This document shows, one piece after another, positions 1-11,693 of a DNA stretch of 64,000 nucleotides (position 1 is the first letter of the stretch; each line of letters starts with the position of its first letter). The position numbers were made by a program, and so were the translations under genes. This DNA comes from Chrysemys picta bellii. Its lineage: Eukaryota. Where the stretch lies: NCBI RefSeq assembly GCF_011386835.1, contig NC_088803.1:37696001-37760000 (forward strand), written 5' to 3'. The notes below the pieces were generated by a model that had not been told where the DNA came from, made no database searches, and was given only the letters and a program-made list of their open reading frames with translations.

Positions 1-404
1 TGTAGTGTCTAGAAAGATATCCCCCTGGTTTGTACACTAATCAGTGTTTTAGAGAATAGGAAGTGGTCCCTGCTACTTTATCTCAGTAGGATTAACTTTT
101 GGAACCAAGAAAGGCTGTATTGTACAGATGAAAGCATTTGCACAGACAATGTAGTCCCAGCGGAGCCTGTAAATTCTACTTAATCACAGTGAGAAAATAG
201 AGGGGAAAAAATTAGCAGGTTACCTAAAGTGTATCAAAGGAACTGGAGAGGAACATCACAATGAATAAATACCCTACAGTGGTCTCAATGGACTTCTTGT
301 TAGTGTTAAATTCACCTGTCCAGTAGCATCCGTATTCTTCCACAGAGGAGAAACAATATGGGAAAATACCGTATACAAATAAGACATAGTATGGTAGGCC
401 TCTA

Positions 405-640
405 GGTGCTACCACAGAGCTCAGGGCCCCACTGTGCTGGGGACTGTACAGGCATATAGCAAGAAACAGTTCCTGCCCCAGATAGCTTAAGCAGACAGGC
501 AGAAAAGGGGAAGGAGGAAATATACAGAAAGAGCCACAGAGAAGTTAAATTATTTGGCCATGGTCATACAGGAAGTCTGTGCCAAAGCCAGGAATTGAAC
601 TAGATTTTCAGAGGCCCAATCCAGTGCCTTAACCACAAGA
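405..640 (-). mobile_element. Ancient CORE-SINE (MIR-like) with L2-like 3' tail
   Basis: CACAGAGAAGTTAAATTATTTGGCCATGGTCATACAG...GCCAGGAATTGAAC...CAGTGCCTTAACCAC resembles the reverse complement of the MIR core and tRNA head. 405-495 resembles a reverse-complemented L2 3' tail. Matched from memory of consensus sequences. Confidence 0.65.
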
Positions 641-1583
641 ATATCCTTCCCCTCAAGCAGATTTTTTGATCTGCCAAGGCTCAAGTCGGGGATATGTTGA
701 ATGGACTAAACCAAGACACTTTATGTCTAAGTGTAAATGGGAGAAGGTATATAACCTCAGATTCATGATTCTGAATTTATCCAAAAAGTGAGATAATGCT
801 CAGTATATATGGCAGAGAGCAACTTTGGGTCTATAATGGTCATCCCTAGAAATGTGGGGTTGCTGAACCATACGAAGGTGAGAAACAAAAGATATACTGT
901 ACAGTCTGTGTTAAAATACTTAAAGTTCTCTCCTGATCCCTTTTCAACGCTGCAAAAGATTCATTTTGTTTATTGAAACTGGTGTAAATAGCTCAGCCAT
1001 GGTTAGTTTATTTAAATACCCCTGGGTAATTAGAAGAGAAGAGACGGGGAGATGCACACAAATCCAGTGACACACTCAGTGAGGTGGAGAAAAGGGAGGG
1101 GGAGAGAGCTGCTGGATAATGCCAACAGCTTTTCATAAGCTTCTGGAAGTTCATATTAATTTTCTTTTGATCTGCATCTATCATTCCAATTATGCTAAAT
1201 GTTTGGACTGCGCAGCCACTCATGAGCAGATCCCATGTTGGTTTGACATTTGGCACATTTTCTCTTGGCACTGATTGACAGCAACAACTTTAATGCCTAC
1301 TTTTTGTTCCCAAAGGATAAATCAGTATAGTAATTGTGAATAGGACACTGGGTCTGGATGTTTAGTGGGCAGAAAAAAGCACATTAAGATGGAGCTTGTA
1401 AGAGTGAAACAGCGTGTTTATAACTTTCCTGTTTTTTATCTGCATCCCCATCCCAAATGTACTAAAAGAACACAGTTGTAATTGGCAGATGGAGACTGAA
1501 ACATTGAGGTCTTAAAAAAATAAATAAATAATTCAGTCATGGTCTTGTCATCCTTAAATTACTAATGGTCAGCAAAATATTGT

Positions 1584-1671
1584 GGGCCAGATCCTCAGAT
1601 GGTACAAATTGGCATAGCTCCCTTAAAGTCAATAGAGATATGCTGAGGTACACCAGCTGGGGACCTGGCCC
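1584..1671. mobile_element. Short hairpin MITE (GGGCC..GGCCC termini, AAGTCAAT core)
   Basis: Inverted ends GGGCCAGATCCTCAG / CTGGGGACCTGGCCC. The central AAAGTCAATAG motif recurs in similar hairpins across the window. Confidence 0.65.
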
Positions 1672-3569
1672 ATTACAGCTGGGTACGATTTGCCAAATAA
1701 AACATGAAACAAGGCAGATTTCAGGTCTGCAGACCAAGCCAGCCAAGATTCATGTGAGACTTTCTTTGAATCCTACTGCTATATTACAGAGACAGCAGAA
1801 AAGAGACTTTCAATGTAAAGTGTGCTAGAAACCTGCAAACTTTGTTACAAAATGCACTGATTTTGTAATTAAACTGACAAAACTCACTTGTTAGGCAACA
1901 TTCAGTGAAACACTCTCGTTGTGTGCACTGCATCTAGCATTTGTGTTTCTGGAAATCTGAAGTTCAAAGGGAAACATGCAGAAAGGGGATATGGAGAATG
2001 TTTAACAAAACTGGGTGAATCAAACCTGCTGGAAAGTTTTCCAGGAGATGTGAAACCACTGGGCTTTGCCTGGCTCTGCATCACTTAATTTTAACTTTAA
2101 AAGTGAAGCTGCATTGGAAATCATGATATTTTCCATAAAAGACTGAATATGTACAAAGAAACTGGGAGGTGCTCATTACAAAAATCTTTGTTTGCAAATT
2201 CATATGAACTAAAATCTCACTCAGAACTGTTTGACTGAGAAGAGCTTTGGTGTATCTAGAGGAATAAGAACAGTGAGTGAAAACATATGTTAAACTCAAA
2301 TTGGTGATTAGATGTGAGACTTTGCTGTTTAACGTTAGTAGGAATTCCAAGAGTCTTAGTATCTGAAAGAAAAAGAAACAAGTGCATTTCCTGTAAGATG
2401 AAATGCTATATCATGCTTCATCAAAACCACTTGGTAATAAGGCACATTTTCTTTTCCTATAGGAAAAACTGGAGAGAGAGGATTTTTCATGTGCTATTTC
2501 CTGTAATGAGGCCAACATTTGAATGCATTTTATATTAAGTTTGGTATAAAACACAAGTACTCTTAAAAATACTACTTTCATTGATTATTAACATAGTACT
2601 AGGTGTTAGATGATCCATCATTCCAGATTCTTAACCACAGCTCCAGATGTCTAAAAGCCTCAGAAAATTTCCAGGTATAAAATTTCAGGATTTTATAATT
2701 GCTACCTGATATTCCTTCATATGAGAAAAAACTGTGTCTGAGTCAGTTCAGGCCTGCACTAGGCTGAAATGACACTAATAACTGCACCAAAGTTCTGGCA
2801 TGTATTATCATGATTTGTGTTAGGAAAAGAAATGTTCACTTTCACTGCATATTAGGAGAAAGCTGTATAGTGCAGAGCACAAGTATGTAGAAGGAGCACA
2901 GCAGACTTAACTTGAGCTGTAACAAGGATTTAAAATTAGAATAAAATGTAAGATTAACAAATCAGAATGTAGAATACCGACTTCTTGTTGCTTGTGATGT
3001 ATAGGTGTGGAATGGTCTATCTGACTGGCTATTGCAGGGTCTTCTATTGTGCCAAATTGGGAAGCTGATAGTTTTGTTCTTCAGTTTTGTACCTATCTTT
3101 TCCTAACTGCAATAAAGATTCAGACTCATGACGATAAGAGATATCTTGGGAGTTGGCTGCTATTCTAATGATTGTTTGGAGTGGAATCCCTGTTGGTTTT
3201 AGAATAACCACTGTTAAGTTAATGTCTTGGGCAAAGGTTTGTGTTCATGTCTTTTGTATCTGTTAATTCTCTCATAACCGCGATGGGTATGCCAAAGGCA
3301 GACAAGCAAATCAAGCAGTGATTACTTTATAGGAACTTCTTAAAATATACCATTGGGCACTGGAAATATAATAATATTATAAGTTTAAGAACATTTTCCC
3401 CCTTCACAATTAAAATTATGCTAATCTGCAATGGCTAGTAAAGCTAAATTAGTTGCAGAAGCATGTGTTCTGAGTCCTCAGACCTCCTGCTGCCAATAGT
3501 ATTTTATATAGAGGGGTGATTGCCATATTGCCAGAGCACTATGCAGCTGTAATGTTACACCACAAAACA

Positions 3570-3760
3570 GCATGGTCTAGAGGACATGGGGCAAGGAATA
3601 GACCAATCCTAATCCTGGTTGTGACTGACTTGCCGTGTGGTCTTGGAAAAGTCATTTCATTTCTCTGTGCTATTGTTTCTCCATCTTTAATACAGGGATA
3701 GTTATATTTATCCATCTCCTGGGGTGCTGAGAGGACTAGTTGTTTGCACATCATATTTTG
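3570..3760 (+). mobile_element. MIR-like CORE-SINE
   Basis: TGACTTGCCGTGTGGTCTTGGAAAAGTCATTTCATTTCTCTGTGCTATTGTTTCTCCATCTTTAATACAGGGATA is a degenerate CORE domain. Confidence 0.6.
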
Positions 3761-4723
3761 AAGGAAAAATGAACTACATAAGTGCTAAATAGTACCACTG
3801 CCTTTGATTATGGAGTGCTACTATGCTACCTAAAATGGGGGGGGGGAGGAGAAGGGGGAAGAGAATTCCATAAATAAATGACTGTGGCCAATGATTAAAC
3901 TGTTTAATATGAAATTATTTCCACACAATTACATTAGTCCTGTTTAATTTTTCTATGCTGCAAAGGACACCTATGTACAAGGATATTTTGGACTTTCTGT
4001 TTTTCAGAAGAAATATCAGGGCACACACACAACCTCCAGCAAGCATGCAATTAAGAGAACTGAATTAGATTCAAAGTTTTGCACAAAATCTTTGATATTG
4101 GGGAAATTATTCTTGAGATGAGTTATATCTTATGAATTATTGTCCCAGGGACAAAGTGGACTATTCAAAACAGACCAGCTGTACACTGCATTCAACTCTA
4201 CTGCAGTGCCAGATAACAAGTGAATGGTTAATGGAGAGCTTAACACCCTGGAAACAATTCATTTGGTAGGAAAAACCACCTCAGTGCAGAGGGCCAGTGC
4301 AAAGCCCTGCAGTCAGTCTTTGTACAGGAAGAGAGCTGCAGGGAAAGAAGTTTGTGCAGAGTAGGGGGCCTGGTCTCTCCCATAGGGGAGCCTACTGCAC
4401 CCTGTTTTAGCAAACACTCTCCCTGGCTTGTGATTTCTGGAATGGTTTTTGACTTGCTGATCTCGACCTCTATTCTGCTACATCTAGAGCAGCCATTACA
4501 TTCACCACATAATTCACTATTATCTGCCTCTTTTCTAACCTCTTCTTTTGCCTGCAGATTTGGAGGCAGGGTGACGGACTCTCAGATGTGGCAGGTGTGC
4601 TAATCAGGAAAAGATTTTTTGAAGGGCATAAAGTCTGACTTACAGTTGGTGCCAAAACTCCTTAAAAGGGAGTTATGACTTTTCACTTGTCTCTGATTCT
4701 GTACTATGTAATTGCTGTCATCC

Positions 4724-5700
4724 TGTAGAGGATGAAACTCACCCCTGTGGCACCTCCTACTGGTCCTCCAGGGAATTAGCTCACCAGCCTCTGGAGCGCC
4801 CTCTATAGGCTGGTGATCCACCTTGTCCTCTACTGGCACTCGTGTCCCTCCCAGGACCCAGTGCCCCTATTACTGGGATGCTGCCCCCTGGCAGTACCCC
4901 ACAGATCTGGGTCTCCCCTCCCTGGGGAACCCCCACCCACTATCCCCACCTTGCCTCAGCACTAGGCCACTGCCAGTCACCAACTAGCCCCCACTCCCTG
5001 GGGCAGACTGCAGTATAGGTCACTCATCACTGGCAAGGGGGTTTGGACCTGCTGCCTTGGCCTAGCCCTGGGCTGCCCTCTGCAACCCCCAGTACCCCTT
5101 GACCTCCTACCAGGCCACAGCCTGGGGCTTTCCAGGCTGGAGCTCCCCAGCCTATTCCTAGCCCTGCTCCACTCAGGTACTCTGTCTCTACCTCCCTGCA
5201 GCCAAAGCCTTCTCTTTCTCTTTGAGTACAGTAAGGTTACATCTACACTACAGGGGGGAGTCAATTTAAGATACGCAAATTCAGCTACGTGAATAGCGTA
5301 GCTGAATTCAATATATCGCAGCCGACTTACCCCGCTGTGAGGACCGCGGCAAAATTGACCTCCGCGGCTTCCTGTTGACAGCGCTTACTCCCACCTGCGC
5401 TGGTGGAGTAAGAGCATTGATTAGGGGATCAATTGTCACATCCCAATGGGACGCAATAAATCAATCCCCAAGAGGTCAATTTCTACCCGCCGATTCAGGC
5501 AGGTAGTGTAGACCTAGCCTAAGAGACTGCTGAGTTCCTGGCTCCCAGCCTTCTTATACAGGACAGCTGGGGCCTGATTGGGGCGTGGCCCAGCTGTGGC
5601 TACTTCTCCAATCAGCCCAGTAGCTTTTTCCCTTTGCCCCAGCCCTCTGCCAGGGCTGTTTTAAGCCCCTCTGCAGGAGCAGGGTAACCATCCTGCTACA
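4724..5700 (-). mobile_element. Solo LTR (probably Gypsy-type), interrupted by a Harbinger MITE
   Basis: TG...CA ends. Terminal inverted repeat TGTAG-AGGATG / CATCCTGCTACA. 5-bp TSD CATCC (4719-4723) / CAGCC (5701-5705), 1 mismatch. TATAAG and CCAAT-type boxes read on the minus strand near 5555-5615. Confidence 0.8.
5235..5519. mobile_element. PIF/Harbinger non-autonomous MITE (285 bp)
   Basis: TIRs GGTTACATCTACACTAC / GTAGTGTAGACCTAGCC. Perfect TAA TSD (5232-5234, 5520-5522), the Harbinger hallmark. Internal palindrome TTCAGCTACGTGAATAGCGTAGCTGAA. Confidence 0.9.
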
Positions 5701-6714
5701 CAGCCCCATTGCTTTTGGCACAAGGGATTATGGCAATTGTCTGAGTTGCTTACAGGTATTTTGAGGCATGCTCATATTTCATCTCTACATGCTGCTTTTG
5801 GGTAATGTGCTTGAATCTCATGGAGTTAGTTTTCATTGCTATATAAAATGGCAAGTGTCCTTATTGCTTTTCTATGCAGCAGTATTCTTATACCATATCT
5901 GTGTTGAGCAGGGATACAAGGCTAGGATAACCATAGGGTGTCTTGAGCAGATAAAACTGAAGTGCTTGGAAAATTTACCACTAGTAAATTTCACTTGAGA
6001 GAAGTATCTCAAGATGATCCTATTTAGATCTCAGTAAGTGCTTTTGGTGGAGTTCCTAGACCCACATTTCATCACCTTACATATAATGCCAGCTGGAAGC
6101 CTTGCCTTTCAGATCATGAAGTGAGAACACTTCATTACTTCTTTGGGGGTTAAGACTGGATTATTGAACCTCTCTGTTTAATGGCTCCCAGACAACACTA
6201 AACTGAAATCACAGTTAAGCAAAATGTCACATTGAGGGGCTTTCATAGGATAGGTATGAAATCCCACTCAAAAATGGACCAAGCCATAGCACATCAGAAC
6301 TGGAAACAAAAACTACTATGTTAGCAAGAAGAAAGAAAGTGTAGCCTTTACAATGTCATTTCTGTTCTGAAGATATTGCAGTTAAGGCTGAATCTTGCTT
6401 CTGTTTTCTAAGTAAAGAGGGTCCTTTCTGAGAATGAGGCTTGATTTTTTTGTTGTTGAAAACTCTGAAAAGCATTCCAGATAAAACTACTCTGTCCAAA
6501 CCCAGCAACTGGCACCCACATAGATAAACTGAAAATACAACATTGTAAACAGTGATTTGAGAGCAGCTTTTCTAATCCAATGTGGGACCTTGTGATTCAC
6601 AGCACTCAATCACATGCTTCCTTTGTTCTACTTGTAAATACTCAGCTCATGAAGAAAAATATGTTGAATTCATTTTGAAAGCCTGGGTGAATTTCTTCCG
6701 CAATATTTTTCTGA

Positions 6715-6840
6715 TCTTGTTACCCATAGTAGATTGTAAACTCTTTGGGGCAGGTATGGTCATATTTACACAGTCCCTAGCACAGTGTGGCCTTAATCTA
6801 ATTGAGGTGGCTAGATGCTCTCAAAATACATTATATTAAT
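6715..6840 (+). mobile_element. L2-like 3' tail fragment (L2 or L2-tailed SINE)
   Basis: TAGATTGTAAACTCTTTGGGGCAGG...TAGCACAGTGTGG...ATTATATTAAT resembles the L2 3' UTR. Confidence 0.55.
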
Positions 6841-9062
6841 ATGAAGGCTTTTTTTCTCTATAGACTCTAGATGGTCTGAGTCCTCACATCTCCTTTGTCC
6901 TGTAGGATTTACATGTATTCAGTTGCAGCCTACTTCCCCAAGTCTGTGGTTTGAGTGGCTGTCTGAAATTTGTCCTGTTGACACTTAGTATTGTTAAACT
7001 GCATTGTAATGGCCACTTTTTTCTACAGCTGTTTGAGTTGCGCATATGTTCTCTTGCTGATCCAACACACTTCTATTTCAGTCTTCTGGAGAGAGCTCTG
7101 CATAGGGTCCAACATACATCCTGTACATTTGACAATGTGTTAATTTAATGAACCTGGCAAATTCATAGGTCACTTTGTCAGGCAGTTGTACTGTGGCTTA
7201 ATTTTCTAATCCTAATAATTAAATATTGTAGCTGAGAAAAATAACCAATATGCACATTTAATTAAAAAAAGATTATCACTGAACGTTGCAATAAAAATTT
7301 GGTCTCACTTTTGCTAAACTATATCCCAAGGTGCTTTTCATGTCCGATTCTGTGCCTTAGGATAGAAGCCACTTCAGGCTGGCACTGCTGGACTTCAGGA
7401 ACATAAAAATATCAGAAACTGGCAGCATCTGTACAAATTCTTCACATAACTCTGTCGGTGTAGCTCAGTGCTGTCCTGCTGCAGTTTTTAACAATTCAGA
7501 GATGAGACCCTGACAGTCTCTAAGCTATCTCTGTCCCTATCAGCAATACTCCCTGCTATTCGAGCCCTGGCATGCCTAACAGCTTTGCTTATGCACTAGA
7601 ATCCTGATTTGCAGCTGCTTCCCTTGCTATTCTAGTACGAGGTCATCTCTAACAAGACTCCTCAGGTTTGATTTACAGGTTCCAGTTCTGGCAACACTGA
7701 CAATTCAACAGACCTCAGTCCTGACGTAATACCCGCTCCACATTGTAAGGATGTTGATTGGTGTTTTCATGATGCCTTGCTGGCACTTAGTCTGCTACAA
7801 ATCAAGCTTCATTTCTTAAGTGAAAGACAATAGTATGACTGGGTAATCGCAATTCAATTATTGTCACTGGAAGTCTAATGATATCCATCTGTAAGAAGAG
7901 CATTGGTATTAAATTCTGCTCAGTGAAGCTAATCTCAAGAGACTAAAGAGAGAGTTTCATTATCTTTAAAAAGAGTGTGAGCTGTAGTCAGTGATCCTTG
8001 ATTTGTACACACTGTCAAAAAAAAGTGGTGGTAGTGGAACAAACGATAAGTGCGACTTCCTTTTGGAAATGAGATGTGCTATCTTACCCATAGGGCTACC
8101 TCCAAAGAGAATTTTGGTCATGGATTTGATGATTGGATCCACGTAGAACATTTGAACTGCTTATCTCATTGGGAAAAGGATGAGCTTAGAAATGCTTATG
8201 AAAACTAGGGGCACTAGACTATTTCTGTTACAGGCTGAGAATTCAGAGAGCTTTGTAATCAATATTGAAAGCAGCTATCAAAAATAAGCATCTTTTCCCA
8301 TGTGAATAAATTGCTTGAGTGATTGCACGGAGCAAATTTTCTCTCTAAACTTGATTTAAGGCTGGCTGATCATCACATATACAGAGGTGTATAAAACACT
8401 GCCTGAGCCTGTTACAGATTATTTGAATTGCTGGTGTTGCCCTTTGGCTTACCCTAATGAATCATATATTCCATCCTTTATCAGTTGTGTGCGCTTGGCC
8501 CTTTTGGATGAGATTCTTGTTTATAGCCGAACTCTTAAGTAACAAAACACCAAGCTTATCTTTGGTAAGTGCTATGAATTTCCTGCTAAACTTGAAAATG
8601 GGATTTGAGGAAGTGGTGTAGAGAGCCTCTGATAAACCTGATTTAAAAAATTGAAAATAATAAACTGGTTGTGAGCCTAAATATGAAAAATTTATGGGTC
8701 TTTTGGGGGAATCAGTTTAAATACAGTACAAAAAAGCCTGCACTTGACTTTGCATCCACTGCCTCTCTACTGATAGGGTTGAGATAATTTTGCATCGTGA
8801 AAAATTAAATGCACCTGTAATAATGCAAAGTAAATCATTTATTTACCATCCTACGACTAAAAGTGTAGAATCCAGAGATAATATCTACACGCACAAGGAC
8901 CATTATTAGGATTCACTGGTTTGATTGAATCAGTAAGGGAAGCTTATGCTTTTGGATAAAGAAAAAATGTGTAACTAGTGGTCCATTTTGGTTAAAAGAT
9001 CACTTGTGTGCTCACCTCCCTTCCAACAAAGGATTTTTACAGAGGAATAAAGAAAAAATCTT

Positions 9063-9182
9063 CCGAAGTGGGCTGTAGTCCACGAAAGCTTATGCTCTAA
9101 TAAATTTGTTAATCTCTAAGGTGCCACAAGTACTCCTGTTCTTTTTGCGGATACAGACTAACACGGCTGCTACTCTGAAACC
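9063..9182 (+). mobile_element. Penelope-like element 3' terminus (pLTR fragment) with a damaged hammerhead motif
   Basis: CCGAAGTGGGCTGTAGTCCACGAAAGCTTATGCTCTAATAAA...GACTAACACGGCTGCTACTCTGAAACC is near-identical to 18445-18566 but has a 3-nt deletion in the core (AAG missing). No TSD seen. Confidence 0.8.
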
Positions 9183-10420
9183 AGCTTATAATAAAAATTC
9201 TTATTAATCCCTAAATGCATGACCTTGTACTTTTCACTATTAAATTTCATCCTATTACTATTACTCCAGTTTACAAGGTTATCCAGATCTTCCCGTATGA
9301 TATCCTGGTCCTTCTCTGTATTGGCAATACCTCCCAGCTTTGTGTCATTCACAAACTTTATTAGCACACTCTCACTTTTTGTACCAAGGTCAGTAATAAA
9401 AAGATTAAATAAGATTGGTCCCAAAACCAATCCCTGAGGAACTCCACTAGTAACCTCCCTCCATCCTGACAGTTCACCTTTCAGTATGACCCGTTGTAGT
9501 CTCCCCTTTAACCAGTTCCTTATCCACCTTTAAATTTTCATATTGATCCCCATCTTTTCCAATTTAACTAATAATTCTCCATGTGGAACCGTATCAAATG
9601 CTTTACTGAAATCGAGGTAAATTAGATCCACTGCGTTTCCTTTGTCTAAAAAATTTGTTACCTTCTCAAAGAAGGAGATCAGGTTGGTTTGGCACGATCT
9701 AACTTTTGTAAAACCATGTTGTATTTTGTCACAATTACCATTGACCTCAATGTCCTTAACTACTTTCTCCTTCAAATTTTTCCCCCAAGACCTTGCACAC
9801 TACAGATGTCAAACTAACAGGTCTGTAGTTACCCGTATCACTTATTTTTCCTTTTTTAAAAATAGGAACTATGTTAGCAATTCTCCAGTCCTGGTACAAC
9901 CCCTGAGTTTACAGATTCATTAAAAATTCTTGCTAATGGGCTTGCAATTTCATGTGCCAGTTCCTTTAATATTCTTGGATGAAGATTATCTGGGCCTCCT
10001 GATTTAGTCCCATTAAGCTGTTCGAGTTTGGCTTCTACCTCGGATGTGGTAATATCTATCTCCATATCCTCATTTTCATTTCTCATCCTGCAATTATCCC
10101 TAAGCCCCTCATTAGCCTCATTAAAGACTAAGGGCAAAGTATATGTTTACATATTGGGCCATGCCTAGATTATCCTTAACCTCCACTCCATCCTCCGTGT
10201 TTAGCGGTCCCACTTCTTCTTTCTTTGTTTTCTTCTTATTTATATGGCTATAGACCCTTTTATTATTGGTTTTAATTCCCTTTGCAAGGTCCAACTCTAC
10301 ATGGCTTTTGGCCTTTCTCACTTTATCCCTACATGTTCTGACCTCAATAAGGTAGCTTTCCTTGCTGATCCCTCCCATCTTCCACTCCTTGTAGGCTTTC
10401 TGCTTTTTCTTAATCACCTC
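9183..10420 (-). mobile_element. CR1 LINE, ORF2 reverse transcriptase fragment; 5'-truncated and lacking its 3' end
   Basis: Frameshifted minus-strand ORFs carry CR1 RT motifs: GPDNLHPRILKELAHEIASPL, HGFTKVRSCQTNL, DLIYLDFSKAFDTVPH, VLGPILFNLFITDL, IKFVNDTKLGG (degenerate FADD), KFNSEKYKVMHLG. Confidence 0.95.
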
Positions 10421-10465
10421 CTGGAGGGCAATTCATTTCAATTATACAATGCAATGTCTACACTA

Positions 10466-10537
10466 TCCCCATGTCAACCTGTGGATGTTGAATCAAGTGC
10501 TACCCGTCTCACGGAGGTGGAGTACAGAAGTCAACTT
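10466..10537. mobile_element. Harbinger-type MITE fragment
   Basis: GTCTACACTATCC and GGAGGTGGAGTAC...GTCAAC resemble motifs of the MITE at 5235-5519. No paired TIR or TSD. Confidence 0.45.
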
Positions 10538-10538
10538 T

Positions 10539-10640
10539 CAGGACCGGCTCCAGGGTTTTTGCGCCCCAAGCGGCGGGAAGAAAAAAAAAGTCGCATTCGC
10601 GATCGGCGACGCTCCAGCGGCAGCTCCACCGCAGCAAAAA
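10539..10640. mobile_element. One end of a CAGGGCCGGCTCCAGG-type DNA transposon MITE
   Basis: CAGGACCGGCTCCAGGG matches the TIR of the complete element at 51026-51249. CpG-rich interior; other end absent. Confidence 0.65.
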
Positions 10641-11693
10641 ATCTCTGAATACTCTATCCATTGCTCTGTGACAGCTGTCAGATGGAAAACAAAACTAAGG
10701 AGATATTATCAAAGGGTCAGTATTCTAGATGAAAGAATCTTAGTGAGGCTAGCAAGATAACTTGATTGGGATGCTATGACGGGACCACTTCATTATTCAT
10801 TAAATGCCAGAGATGCTACTGAAAGCTTTAAGACACAAAACTAGTTACTGAAGTGCTTTTAAAATTTTAATGCACGCGTTCAAAACTTGTACTGCTCTCC
10901 ATGAGTGAAAGGGGAATGTTGGGAGTGTCAGGGAGAATCTTCTCCTAAAAGGAAGAACATTTAAACACTGATTTATTTATGTTTCAGGCACATAAAATTT
11001 TTACTCTACTTGACAAGTATCAGGTATGGACATGATGATAACAGCATAAATCTCCACTAAAGCAAAGCTTCCTCTTATCTCTTGGTTGCATTTCAAAAGA
11101 GAACACAGCAGAATGTTTCCCTCCTTACTTCTCATTGCTCTGCTTATTCAAGAAAGCAAACACCCTTTGGCTGAGGTAGCAGTTCTGCCACACTTGCATG
11201 GTCTATTCAAACCATCTCCATAAATCCTCTGGCCTCTCCCTTCCACCTATCCTCAGCAGCAGCCTTCACATCTGTCTGTGTGGAGTCAGCTTGGAGACTG
11301 CATCTGTGGCATAAAAAGATCGTTGTCCCCAGCCCCTTGCCCAGACTCAGTGGGATGCTTTAGCCTGGAGGACCTTGTACAAGCATTGTCTTCTGGTCTT
11401 GAAGCTTGTTTAAATTTCCCATCCACCTAAGTGGCAAATTTCCATCCTTTCCTTTAAACAGTCCTAATTACTGCATTTTTCCCTGTCAGCCTGAAACATG
11501 TTTACTTGGTGATGAACATAGTGGGGTAGGTGGCTTCTAGTCCTGGTAAATAAATGAACTGAACTGAATTTAGAAAGTTTCTGGAGGGGGAGAAGAGAAT
11601 AATTTTTTCCTGTTTTTTTTGAACAGCTCTAGTGCTTTCTAAACACATAAGAAGCTGTCCCTACTCTAAAATGCTCACAGTCTGAAAGATAAA

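Noticed and set aside
224-415. 63-aa hydrophobic minus-strand ORF as a membrane-protein exon
   Set aside because: No recognisable family motif, its start lies in SINE-derived sequence, and the stop coincides with the only plausible donor site.
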